A stretch of 64,000 nt of DNA from an uncultured virus (IMG/VR IMGVR_UViG_3300046320_000024) (IMGVR_UViG_3300046320_000024), one strand, 5' to 3'; shown: positions 49,023 through 57,922, numbered from the stretch's first letter. Notes: generated from the letters alone by a model not told the origin. Numbers and translations: made by a program.

Positions 49023-50168
49023 ATGGCAAAGACCGATGTGGCGTTTCGTGAGACTTTTGAGGCTAAGATGCATGCAATGTATCCTGACGTGCAAACGAAG
49101 GGTGTTGTGAGTCGTCCCCAGCTAATGGAAGTTATGGCTAAACTCAAAACAGAGAAGTTTCCTCTCTGGCTTATGAAGACTAAGGCTGGTCGTGGCTTGT
49201 ATGCCATCGATGGTAATGCTGCAGTCGCAGTGCAAACTGAAGACGTGAAAGAATCATTCCAAGTGGACTTGACAAATACAGACTCGCTCATCCCAAAGAA
49301 GGATGCAAACTTTGTGCCATTCGGCAACTACACTGACTTGGAAAACATCATCAAGTCCAAAATCTTCTATCCAGCTTACATCAGTGGTCCAACTGGTAAT
49401 GGTAAGTCTACGATGATTGAACAAATTTGTGCCAAGCACAAGCGTCCACTAATTCGTGTTAACTTGAACATGATGACCGATGAAGAACAACTCATCGGTA
49501 CCAAGACTCTGGAAGATGGCAACGTGTCCATCGTAGAAGGTCCAGTGCTCATTGCCATGCGCAATGGTACGACTCTGTTACTTGACGAAATTGATGCTGG
49601 CTCTGCCAACACTCTGTTGTGCTTACAGCCAATTCTTGAGGGTAAGCCATATTACTTCAAGTTGAAGAATGAGATGATCGTTCCAGCAGAAGGTTTCAAC
49701 ATCTTTGCCACTGCCAACACTAAGGGTAAAGGCTCAGACGATGGTCGATACATCGGTACCAACGTTCTGAACGAAGCATTCTTGGAGCGTTTCGCTGTAA
49801 CTTTCGAACAGGATTATCCTTCTGCCAAAATCGAGCAGAAGATTATCGAGAATCTGATGGTTTCCTATGGTTGTGAAGACCAGGAATTCGCAGAGACATT
49901 GGTAAAGTGGGCTGACGCTATCCGTCGTACCTTTGCCGATGGTGGTGTGGATGAAACCATTACGACTCGTCGTATGATCCACATTGTACGTGCTTACGCT
50001 ATCTTTAAGAAGCGTGAGAAGGCTGTAGAACTGTGTTGCAATCGTTTCGACTCTGCAACTAAAACAGCCTTTATCGACCTCTACGACAAGGTTGCAAGCC
50101 CTGCCCCAGAGGTTGTCGAGCCTGTCCTCCCTACTGCTACAAACCCAACGGACGAGATTCCCTTCTAA
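49023..50168 (+). CDS. MoxR/CobS-like AAA+ ATPase
   Basis: GPTGNGKS, LLDEID, TANTKGKG, LNEAFLERF; ATG at 49023 after GGAG. Confidence 0.9.
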   Translation: MAKTDVAFRETFEAKMHAMYPDVQTKGVVSRPQLMEVMAKLKTEKFPLWLMKTKAGRGLYAIDGNAAVAVQTEDVKESFQVDLTNTDSLIPKKDANFVPFGNYTDLENIIKSKIFYPAYISGPTGNGKSTMIEQICAKHKRPLIRVNLNMMTDEEQLIGTKTLEDGNVSIVEGPVLIAMRNGTTLLLDEIDAGSANTLLCLQPILEGKPYYFKLKNEMIVPAEGFNIFATANTKGKGSDDGRYIGTNVLNEAFLERFAVTFEQDYPSAKIEQKIIENLMVSYGCEDQEFAETLVKWADAIRRTFADGGVDETITTRRMIHIVRAYAIFKKREKAVELCCNRFDSATKTAFIDLYDKVASPAPEVVEPVLPTATNPTDEIPF

Positions 50169-50192
50169 TCTGTAGGGGATTACAAATAGTTG

Positions 50193-50221
50193 TTGACTTG
50201 TAATCCCCTTTGTAGTATACT
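50193..50221 (+). promoter_or_regulatory. Sigma70-type early promoter overlapped by a 12-bp inverted repeat (50174-50209)
   Basis: TTGACT-17 nt-TATACT; arms AGGGGATTACAA and TTGTAATCCCCT. Confidence 0.8.
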
Positions 50222-50262
50222 AATGTCTTATCTTGAAAAATCTTTGTAAAAGGAAATATATT

Positions 50263-50754
50263 ATGTTGAAATTCGCTGCTTTGTCCCTTGCTCAGAAACG
50301 TTTCGTTATGGCTGTTCTGGAAGCTAATCCCCAGTACAAGAAGTCTCCCGAAATCACTTTGAAAGAATGCGCCTCCATCTATTATGTCCTGCGTGAACAA
50401 CGCACTGGCTCTAAAGGTGAGAAGATCGGTTATCCAAACTGGTTGTTCGCTGCAAACAAAGTTGAGCGTGGTTTGTACCAACTGCCTGTCCCAACTGTTG
50501 CTGAGGTATCTGCCTTCAACAAGGAAGTTGCTGACAAAGCCACACCTGCTGTGACTAAGGCTAAGGCTAAAGTTGCGAAACTTGCTAAGGCTAAGACTGT
50601 TAAGGTCAAGTCCACTCCAGCTGCAAAGGCTGTAGAGAAAGAGACTAAGTCTGACCTGAATCGTCTGCAGAATATCATCGATGAGTCTATGACTTACGAT
50701 GACGAAACTGAAGATTTTAACGCTATTCTGCGTGAGAATGGTATCGAAGTCTAA
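50263..50754 (+). CDS. Hypothetical early protein with Lys/Ala-rich segment
   Basis: AAGGA RBS; TKAKAKVAKLAKAKTVKVK segment. Confidence 0.7.
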   Translation: MLKFAALSLAQKRFVMAVLEANPQYKKSPEITLKECASIYYVLREQRTGSKGEKIGYPNWLFAANKVERGLYQLPVPTVAEVSAFNKEVADKATPAVTKAKAKVAKLAKAKTVKVKSTPAAKAVEKETKSDLNRLQNIIDESMTYDDETEDFNAILRENGIEV

Positions 50755-50839
50755 TTACAAATAGGTTACTTTTCTGCTGACAGAGGACGCCATCCCTCTG
50801 TTGGCATTTTTCGTTGATGGTTTATTATGGAGTTATTAT

Positions 50840-51100
50840 ATGTCTAAACAAGCTAAGCTGTTGAATCACCTGTCCACTGGTGCTGAACTTACTGCCAAGC
50901 AAATTGCAGGCTCATTTGGTTTGAAGAATCCACATCGTGCGATTCACCTGTTGCGCTCACAAGGTCATTGTGTTTATAGCAACGCTGCTAAATTGGCAGA
51001 CGGCACAGAGACTACTAAGTACCGTATTGGTAAGCCAAGCAAGCGCATGGTCGCTGCTGCAAATGCTATCCTTGGTGCTTCTGCATTCTCTCGAGGCTAA
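50840..51100 (+). CDS. Small basic winged-HTH-like DNA-binding protein
   Basis: LTAKQIAGSFGLKNPHRAIHLLRSQGHCVY...KYRIG; GGAG RBS. Confidence 0.65.
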   Translation: MSKQAKLLNHLSTGAELTAKQIAGSFGLKNPHRAIHLLRSQGHCVYSNAAKLADGTETTKYRIGKPSKRMVAAANAILGASAFSRG

Positions 51101-51144
51101 TTGAATCGGGGCTGGATTTCTCCAGCCCCATTCTTGGAGACATA

Positions 51145-51477
51145 ATGGCTACACCTGACGAAGTTAAGAAATCACAAAAAGCCACCACTGGTGGTCGCAA
51201 ATTTGATGGTGGTAAACTGCAATATGGTTTGCTGCCTCCACTCGCCCTAGCTGAAACTGTAAAGGTTCTCACATTTGGTGCAGAGAAGTATGAACCAGAT
51301 AACTGGAAGCAAGTTCCAGATTCTAAGCGTCGTTATTTCGACGCAGCGCAACGTCATCTCTGGGCATACAAAGATAATGAAGAACTAGATCCCGAATCAG
51401 GTATTCACCACTTGGCGCACGCAATGTGTTGCTTAATGTTCTTGTATGAACACGATGTAAAATACTCAAAGGAATAA
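51145..51477 (+). CDS. dATP/dGTP diphosphohydrolase-like protein (DUF5664)
   Basis: KFDGGKLQYGLLP, VLTFGAEKY..DNW, AAQRHL, DPESGIHHLAHA. Confidence 0.85.
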   Translation: MATPDEVKKSQKATTGGRKFDGGKLQYGLLPPLALAETVKVLTFGAEKYEPDNWKQVPDSKRRYFDAAQRHLWAYKDNEELDPESGIHHLAHAMCCLMFLYEHDVKYSKE

Positions 51478-51478
51478 T

Positions 51479-51853
51479 ATGAGTCTGTGGTCTTGGGAAA
51501 AGAAAGAGGACGACCAGTCCTATAAACTGGCTACTGAAAATGTTAAACTCCAGCAAAGAGTTAATGAGTTAGATCATAAGATTAAACAATATCAAGAACG
51601 TCTTGAGGGTGACTTTGCTAAGGCTAGTTTTTCTGTCGACTGGAATGCGATGAATGTATTCTCGATCGAGCGCAACAATAATGGTCACGATGGTTACAAG
51701 ACTATCCTAGGTTATATGTTATCTGAACCTTACACTACTAGCGATGGCTCTATTACATCTACAGATGTTGTTCGTGAGTGGACTCTGTACTGCTCACATC
51801 AAGAACACGAACGTCTTGTAGTTGAGTTCAACGAATACAGAGCATCAAAATAA
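51479..51853 (+). CDS. Hypothetical protein
   Basis: 124-aa ORF with AAGGA RBS. Confidence 0.65.
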   Translation: MSLWSWEKKEDDQSYKLATENVKLQQRVNELDHKIKQYQERLEGDFAKASFSVDWNAMNVFSIERNNNGHDGYKTILGYMLSEPYTTSDGSITSTDVVREWTLYCSHQEHERLVVEFNEYRASK

Positions 51854-51855
51854 AT

Positions 51856-51884
51856 TTGGCTGGAAGAGCCGTTTGACGTATAAT
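51856..51884 (+). promoter_or_regulatory. Sigma70-type promoter for gp45
   Basis: TTGGCT-17 nt-TATAAT. Confidence 0.6.
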
Positions 51885-51918
51885 CATTTATACATAGTTA
51901 TTATTACTTGGAGAAAAT

Positions 51919-52575
51919 ATGAAATTATCTAAAGAGACAGTTGCCCTAATTAAGAACTTTGCTGGTATCAATAGCAACCTTCTTTTGAAAGCTGGTAATC
52001 AGTTGTCCACAATCTCTGCACAAAAGAACGTCATGGCAGACGCTACTGTGACTGAGACATTCCCTGACTTTGGTATCTACGACTTGAATGAGTTCTTGGG
52101 TGCTATGTCTTTGTTTGAAGATCCAGAGTTGACCTTTAGCGACAAGTTCGTTAAAATCGAACAAGGTGGTTCAAGCATCAAGTATTTCGCTGCAGATGCT
52201 AGCGTGTTGACTGCTCCACAAAAAGCTATCACATTCCCATCCCATGAGATTGAGTTTACTGCAACTGCTGCTATGTTGAATATGATTCATCGTACTGCTT
52301 CTGTGTTGCGTGCTTCTGATGTTTCTATCATCGGTGACGGTTCCACAATGAGCGTTGTTGTTGGTGATAAGAAGAATACCACTGGTAACTCTTATAGCGC
52401 AAATGTTGGCACTACTGACAAGTCTTTCCGTGTGAACTTGAAAGTAGAAAACTTGAAGATGATTCCTAACGACTATACTGTTAGCATCTCAAGCAAGAAA
52501 ATCTCTCGATTCAAAGCTGCAGGTGACTTGGTTTATTACGTAGCTGTTGAAGCAGATTCTTCATTTGAATTCTAA
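51919..52575 (+). CDS. gp45: Sliding clamp gp45
   Basis: MKLSKETVALIKNFAGINSN, FGIYDLNEFL, KVENLKMI, YYVAVE. Confidence 0.95.
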   Translation: MKLSKETVALIKNFAGINSNLLLKAGNQLSTISAQKNVMADATVTETFPDFGIYDLNEFLGAMSLFEDPELTFSDKFVKIEQGGSSIKYFAADASVLTAPQKAITFPSHEIEFTATAAMLNMIHRTASVLRASDVSIIGDGSTMSVVVGDKKNTTGNSYSANVGTTDKSFRVNLKVENLKMIPNDYTVSISSKKISRFKAAGDLVYYVAVEADSSFEF

Positions 52576-52605
52576 TAAATATAATTACTTAACTATAAGG
52601 ATTGT

Positions 52606-54084
52606 ATGAAGAAGATTTTGGTATTGGGTGGAGGAACAGCTGGTCTGATTTCTGCCTTAGTAATGAAAAGAACTTTCCCAGAGTATAACATTACAGTTAT
52701 AGAGTCTGACTCTATCGGTATCATTGGTGTTGGTGAGGGGTCTACTGAACATTGGAAAATGTTCATGGACTACTGTGATATTAATGCCCACATGCTCGTT
52801 AGAAAAACTGATGCTGCTCTTAAGAAGGGCATTAAGTTCGAGAATTGGAATGGAGATGGTAAAAGCTATTTCCACTCTTTGGGCGATCCATTCTATTCTG
52901 AATATGGTCAAGACACTGGACACAGACTTTTGTTTATCAAATCATTGATTGCCAATGGTATTAAAACTGAAGATGTTTTGGTGGATACCAATCTTGTGAC
53001 CATGCAAGGTGGTATTAATAGCACAAACCAATACCACTTCAACACATTTAAACTAAACGAAGTTCTCCATGAGATTTGTTCTGAGCGAGGTGTGAATTTT
53101 ATTCATACAACTATCTCTGACGTTTCAGTTAAAGAGAATGGTGACATCGAATCTCTAACAGATACTGCTGGCGTTACACACGAAGCTGATTTCTTTATTG
53201 ATAGTAGTGGTATGAAAAGAATCATCTCCTCCAAACTTGGAGTGAAGTGGGTTTCTTATAAAAAGTATTTGCCGATGAATCATGCATTGGCATTCCCAAC
53301 TCAAGATGTTTCTGACTTGAAACCGCACACTCTGTCTCGTGCTCTTTCTTCTGGTTGGAATTGGAGAATTTCTACACAAGGGAGATATGGTAATGGGTAC
53401 GTGTTCTGTGATGATTTTATTGATTCTACTAAAGCCCATGCTGAAGTTCAGACAGTATATTCAGAAGAAGTTAAAGTAGCCAAAGACATTAAGTTTGATG
53501 CAGGACGTGTAGATAAATTTTGGGTTAACAATTGCGTTTCTATCGGATTGTCGGCTTCTTTTGTAGAACCACTAGAGGCTTCTAGTATTGGTAATTCTAT
53601 TCTTCAGTCTATCGGTTTGGCTAGGATGTTTGGTTCTTGGGAGCTAGATCGTAAGATTTCAGAAAAGTATAACAGTAAATTTGTTTCTTGTTTTAATAAT
53701 ATCGTAGACTTCGTTCAGTTGCATTACATAACAAAACGTGATGATACTGAATTTTGGAGAGCACTACCATCAATGATGACCAAGACAGACTTCGTACAAG
53801 AACACTTGGAAACATTTAAGAAAACATTACCAAACCAGACATATTTTATGGATGAATATAATATGTTTAATGCACCAAACTGGGCGCAGGTTATGGATGG
53901 TCTTGGTCTTTATGATAAACAATATATCACTAAGACTCTGCATACTACATATGGAGATAAAGTTGTTCAAGAACAATTAAACAAGTATAATGAATACTTG
54001 GCTAATGTTCAACGAGGTGTTTACATTGAGCATAAAGTGTTATTGCAACAAAACAATATTGTGGTTAAATTCGACCAACAATAA
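52606..54084 (+). CDS. Flavin-dependent halogenase (tryptophan halogenase/PrnA family)
   Basis: GGGTAG FAD motif, IGVGEGS, LKKGIKFENW (catalytic Lys region), GWNWRI (WxWxI), FVEPLEASSI. Confidence 0.88.
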   Translation: MKKILVLGGGTAGLISALVMKRTFPEYNITVIESDSIGIIGVGEGSTEHWKMFMDYCDINAHMLVRKTDAALKKGIKFENWNGDGKSYFHSLGDPFYSEYGQDTGHRLLFIKSLIANGIKTEDVLVDTNLVTMQGGINSTNQYHFNTFKLNEVLHEICSERGVNFIHTTISDVSVKENGDIESLTDTAGVTHEADFFIDSSGMKRIISSKLGVKWVSYKKYLPMNHALAFPTQDVSDLKPHTLSRALSSGWNWRISTQGRYGNGYVFCDDFIDSTKAHAEVQTVYSEEVKVAKDIKFDAGRVDKFWVNNCVSIGLSASFVEPLEASSIGNSILQSIGLARMFGSWELDRKISEKYNSKFVSCFNNIVDFVQLHYITKRDDTEFWRALPSMMTKTDFVQEHLETFKKTLPNQTYFMDEYNMFNAPNWAQVMDGLGLYDKQYITKTLHTTYGDKVVQEQLNKYNEYLANVQRGVYIEHKVLLQQNNIVVKFDQQ

Positions 54085-54099
54085 TTTTTAGGATATATT

Positions 54100-55053
54100 A
54101 TGATTGATTCACGTGATAACCAGTTTTTGTGGGTAGAGAAATATCGTCCACAAACGATCGATGAGTGCGTCCTACCAGAAGCACTCAAGAAGACTTTTAA
54201 AGAGTACATTGATCAGGGTGAACTCCCACATTTTTTATTCGCAGGTACGGCAGGTATCGGTAAGACTACTGTAGCTAAAGCACTGTGTAACGAGATTGGT
54301 GCTGAGTATATTATCCTTAACGGTTCTGATACAGGTGGTCACATCGACACACTTCGCACCCAGATTAAGGGATTCGCTTCTACAGTTTCCTTAACGGATG
54401 CTAAGAAGATTGTTATCCTCGATGAGGCTGATTATCTTCAAGCCAACTCTACTCAACCAGCACTTCGTGCGTTCATGGAAGAGTATAGTGCTAACTGTCG
54501 TTTTATCTTCACGTGTAACTATAAGAACAAGATTATCGAACCGCTGCACTCTCGTTGTGCTGTTATAGAATTCAAGATTGAGAATAAAGACAAGCAGCAA
54601 CTTGCTGGCACATTCTTCAAACGTGCTACTCAGATCTTGAAACAAGAAGGTATTGAGTTTGATCCTAAAGTTGTAGCTGAACTGGTGACTAAACACTTTC
54701 CAGACTGGCGTCGAGTATTGAATGAACTTCAACGCTATTCTGTTTCTGGTAAGATTGACTCTGGTATCTTAGTTAATCTTGGAGAAGAAACCTATAAAGA
54801 ATTAGTCAAGCACCTGAAAGATAAAAATTACGCTGAGGTTCGTAAGTGGGTTGGAAAGAACTCAGATGCTGATACTGTTGCATTGTTTCGTGAGTTGTAT
54901 GACAATTCTGCCACAACAATGGAAGCTGGGTCTATCCCATCTCTAGTTTTGGTTCTAGCTGATTATCAGTATAAGGCAGCATTCGTCGCTGATCATGAAC
55001 TAAATATCATGGCAGCGTTGACTGAGATTATGATGCAATGTAAATTTAAGTGA
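54100..55053 (+). CDS. gp44: Clamp loader large subunit gp44
   Basis: LWVEKYRP, GTAGIGKT, ILDEAD, LHSRC. Confidence 0.96.
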   Translation: MIDSRDNQFLWVEKYRPQTIDECVLPEALKKTFKEYIDQGELPHFLFAGTAGIGKTTVAKALCNEIGAEYIILNGSDTGGHIDTLRTQIKGFASTVSLTDAKKIVILDEADYLQANSTQPALRAFMEEYSANCRFIFTCNYKNKIIEPLHSRCAVIEFKIENKDKQQLAGTFFKRATQILKQEGIEFDPKVVAELVTKHFPDWRRVLNELQRYSVSGKIDSGILVNLGEETYKELVKHLKDKNYAEVRKWVGKNSDADTVALFRELYDNSATTMEAGSIPSLVLVLADYQYKAAFVADHELNIMAALTEIMMQCKFK

Positions 55054-55060
55054 GGATGAT

Positions 55061-55387
55061 ATGGAAGATTTTTTGTCTTTTGGCGTATTTGCTTTAGGGT
55101 TTATTTTAGGTTGGATCCTTCGAGAGGAACTTGCTAAACGTCGAGTTGATAAACTATTGGCAGAACTCGAGGGTGATATTGAAGAGAAATCTGATGCTAT
55201 TCGTAAGAATACTATTCCTATTAAAATTGAGATACATAATGGTGCATATTATGTATTTAATACGGACACTGATGAATTCATGGCGCAAGGTAAAACTCGT
55301 CCAGAATTAGAAATCGAACTTGCTAAACGCCACCCAGAAAAGCGATTCATCGCTACACCAGATAATTTAAAAGAGGTAGGATTTTAA
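55061..55387 (+). CDS. Hypothetical protein with N-terminal membrane anchor
   Basis: FLSFGVFALGFILGWIL hydrophobic stretch; GAGGA RBS. Confidence 0.65.
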   Translation: MEDFLSFGVFALGFILGWILREELAKRRVDKLLAELEGDIEEKSDAIRKNTIPIKIEIHNGAYYVFNTDTDEFMAQGKTRPELEIELAKRHPEKRFIATPDNLKEVGF

Positions 55388-55569
55388 TGAACACCATATA
55401 CGAAACAGAAGAACGTAGTGCTAATATCGAACAGCAAGCTACCAAAGATTATATGGTAGAGTTCGCCGATAAAGAAACTTGCCAGTCTCAATTTGAAACA
55501 TTCCATACACTTGAACAAGCACAAGACTCTGCCAAGCGTTGGTTGATTCATGCTTACACCCCACTGTAA
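55387..55569 (+). CDS. Small hypothetical protein
   Basis: Start overlaps previous stop; AGGA RBS. Confidence 0.55.
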   Translation: MNTIYETEERSANIEQQATKDYMVEFADKETCQSQFETFHTLEQAQDSAKRWLIHAYTPL

Positions 55570-55570
55570 T

Positions 55571-55960
55571 ATGAGCCCATTTGATTATGTGAAAGCTATC
55601 AATGAAACCAAAGTTGATTTACTATCAGGAGATCCAGAAGCAGTTAAAGATTATAACAAGGTAAAGTTCATTGTGAACCGAGCCTTGGGATATTTCCCCG
55701 ATACAGTTATGCAAGCTAATCAGATGAATCAACATTCTGATATTCCTGCAGACTGGCAATTTTCTTTTTTCCTAAATACTATTTCGAAGAAACGACGTTT
55801 CAGTAAATGGGCAAAAGCCGACGCTGAATCCGCTTCTTTAGAACTCGTAAAAGAGTACTATGGGTATTCAAGCGAAAGGGCGAAAGAGGCACTCAGTGTC
55901 CTTTCCGATGAACACTTGATTATGATAAAAGAAAAATTATTCAAAGGTGGAAAATCATGA
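55571..55960 (+). CDS. gp62: Clamp loader small subunit gp62
   Basis: PFDYVKAINETK, FIVNRALGYFPDT, KRRFSKW, VKEYYGYS; start could be 55550. Confidence 0.9.
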   Translation: MSPFDYVKAINETKVDLLSGDPEAVKDYNKVKFIVNRALGYFPDTVMQANQMNQHSDIPADWQFSFFLNTISKKRRFSKWAKADAESASLELVKEYYGYSSERAKEALSVLSDEHLIMIKEKLFKGGKS

Positions 55961-56376
55961 CTGTTGAAGTGATTTATTACGACTGGACTCCTGAGTCCAT
56001 GCTCGAGGTGACGTTGCCAGAACCAGATGCATTTCTAAAGGTTCGTGAAACTCTAACCCGTATCGGGATTGCCTCAAGAAAAGAACAAAAGCTATATCAA
56101 TCTTGCCATATTTTACATAAACAAGGTCGATACTTCATCGTGCACTTCAAGGAATTGTTTGCACTCGATGGTAAAGAATCGAATATTACCGCAGGTGATA
56201 TCGAGAGACGCAATGCTATTGCTAGTTTGCTACAGGACTGGGATCTGTTAAAGATCCTAAATACTACGCAAGCTGAACAAAAGGCTTCGCTGTCTCAAAT
56301 TAAGGTGGTCTCTTACAAAGAAAAAGACCAGTGGGAATTAGTTCCAAAATACAACATAGGAAAAAAAGCAAAATGA
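55957..56376 (+). CDS. regA: Translational repressor RegA
   Basis: FLKVRETLTRIGIAS, LYQSCHILHKQGRYFIVHFKELF. Confidence 0.96.
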   Translation: MTVEVIYYDWTPESMLEVTLPEPDAFLKVRETLTRIGIASRKEQKLYQSCHILHKQGRYFIVHFKELFALDGKESNITAGDIERRNAIASLLQDWDLLKILNTTQAEQKASLSQIKVVSYKEKDQWELVPKYNIGKKAK

Positions 56377-56540
56377 TTAAACTTGAATTGACTGTAGATG
56401 AAGTAAACGTTATTCTTCGTTCTTTGGGTAAGCACCCGTTTGATGAGATCGCCCAATTGATCGTTAAGATCAAACAACAAGGTGATCCACAAGCTGTTGC
56501 TGCATCCGCAGAAGCTACTGCTGAAACACCAGCAGCCTAA
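56373..56540 (+). CDS. Small hypothetical protein
   Basis: ATG overlaps the regA stop; MIKLELTVDEVNVIL..LGKHPF. Confidence 0.65.
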   Translation: MIKLELTVDEVNVILRSLGKHPFDEIAQLIVKIKQQGDPQAVAASAEATAETPAA

Positions 56541-56545
56541 CCAAA

Positions 56546-56691
56546 CCCACCTTAGGGCTGTTGTCGTCTACGGTATAGGCGTCCGTGCAATTGAACTGAC
56601 ATACGTAATTGTCGCCAGATAAAGTAACTGGCACTGTCTTGCCTTCGGGGAGACACTTTTATCACTAACTCGCTTAATAGGAGAAACTCGA
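56546..56691 (+). ncRNA. Candidate structured RNA leader of hsp20, including ROSE-like thermometer hairpin (56669-56683)
   Basis: Several stems in a 150-nt intergenic gap; CTCGCT-TAAT-AGGAG sequesters the SD with a bulged G. Confidence 0.5.
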
Positions 56692-57174
56692 ATGCCAAAA
56701 CCATTCACACCATCATTTTTTAGTCAAGACACTTTCAAGGACTTCGATAAGTTCTTCGTAGGTTTCGATGAACAGTTCGAGAAAATGCAAGCATTGCATG
56801 ACGACTTGACAAAGAACATCCCAAACTACCCACCATTTAACGTTCGCAAGAATGGCAATACCTACACAATCGAAATTGCTGTGGCAGGTTTCGCACAAAA
56901 CGAAATCGACGTCACCATCGATGGCGGTAAGCTAATCGTTAAGGGTAATGTAGAGTCTAAAGAAGCTGAAGATAACTTCTTGTTCAAAGGTATTTCCAAC
57001 CGTGCATTTACACGTGCTTGGGCTATTGGTGATCAGTATGAAGTTAAAGATGCTGAAATTTTCAACGGTATGTTGAAAATCGCTCTCGATAAATTAGTAC
57101 CAGAAGTTCCAAAGGCTAAGAAGGTTCCAGTTAAAACTGGTTCTGGAAAACAGTTCCTACAGGAAGGTGAATAA
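56692..57174 (+). CDS. hsp20: Small heat shock protein (Hsp20/IbpA family)
   Basis: NYPPFNV, IEIAVAGF, FKGISNRAFTR, NGMLKIAL. Confidence 0.93.
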   Translation: MPKPFTPSFFSQDTFKDFDKFFVGFDEQFEKMQALHDDLTKNIPNYPPFNVRKNGNTYTIEIAVAGFAQNEIDVTIDGGKLIVKGNVESKEAEDNFLFKGISNRAFTRAWAIGDQYEVKDAEIFNGMLKIALDKLVPEVPKAKKVPVKTGSGKQFLQEGE

Positions 57175-57332
57175 TGTTAGAAGTACTAAAACAATTTTTC
57201 GTTTATGTATTTCGTGACCGTTCCCAAACTCTGGAACAATACATTCTTTCTCAAAATCCACAAAACCAAATGCATGTCGAACAACTTGAGCGACAGTATT
57301 ATGCTAGAGTGGCAAGAAATCGAATGATCTAA
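57174..57332 (+). CDS. Small hypothetical protein, 52 aa (MLEVLKQFFVYVFRDR...), not in ORF track
   Basis: ATG overlaps the hsp20 stop; followed by a hairpin. Confidence 0.6.
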   Translation: MLEVLKQFFVYVFRDRSQTLEQYILSQNPQNQMHVEQLERQYYARVARNRMI

Positions 57333-57335
57333 TCA

Positions 57336-57353
57336 ATGGGGCGTAAGCCCCAT
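57336..57353 (+). terminator. GNRA-loop hairpin (weak terminator or RNA processing site)
   Basis: ATGGGGC-GTAA-GCCCCAT; no strong T tract. Confidence 0.45.
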
Positions 57354-57361
57354 ATTCAATT

Positions 57362-57922
57362 ATGATCCCAAGAAAATTAACCCAATTAGATCGAGATGCT
57401 ATAGTAGCACATTTAACTTCTCTTGAAGGAGAAGACCGTCGCTTACGTTTCGGTGCCATGGTTTCTGATAACTTCATCGAGCACTACGTACATTCTTCTT
57501 TCAACGACCAGTCAAAATGGTTTGGGTGCGAAGACGCTGAAGGTAATATTATTGCAGCTTGTCATGCGGCAGTTGTGAAAGATGACGCTGAACTTGGTTG
57601 TTCTGTCAATAAAGAATATCGTGGTCATGGATTAGCGCAAGATATGTTTGATCGTGCCGTGACTTGGTTACGCACACAAGGTATTAAAGAAGTATTCATG
57701 CACTGTCTTACTGAGAACCAAGTCATGAGACATATCGCTCGAAAGAATGATATGACAATCGTTAGTGAGTATGGTGAGTCAGATGCTATTGTTGGTATTC
57801 AACCAGCAACTACAGCGACTGTGATGAAAGATGCTTATTTAGATAGAATTGCGTTTTATGATATGTTAATAAAAACAAATTATAATGCGTTCGACTTCTA
57901 CTGGAGACGCAACAATACCTAA
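57362..57922 (+). CDS. GNAT family acetyltransferase
   Basis: DRRLRFG, AELGCSV..EYRGHGLA (acetyl-CoA motif), CLTENQVMRHIARK. Confidence 0.85.
   Translation: MIPRKLTQLDRDAIVAHLTSLEGEDRRLRFGAMVSDNFIEHYVHSSFNDQSKWFGCEDAEGNIIAACHAAVVKDDAELGCSVNKEYRGHGLAQDMFDRAVTWLRTQGIKEVFMHCLTENQVMRHIARKNDMTIVSEYGESDAIVGIQPATTATVMKDAYLDRIAFYDMLIKTNYNAFDFYWRRNNT

Noticed and set aside
46743..50168. Cobalamin biosynthesis genes (cobT/cobS)
   Set aside because: No cobN or other B12 genes; a generic MoxR-vWA pair explains the motifs
56546..56655. Known self-cleaving ribozyme (hammerhead, twister, pistol)
   Set aside because: Core consensus sequences such as CUGANGA/GAAA were not found; kept only as an unassigned structured RNA candidate
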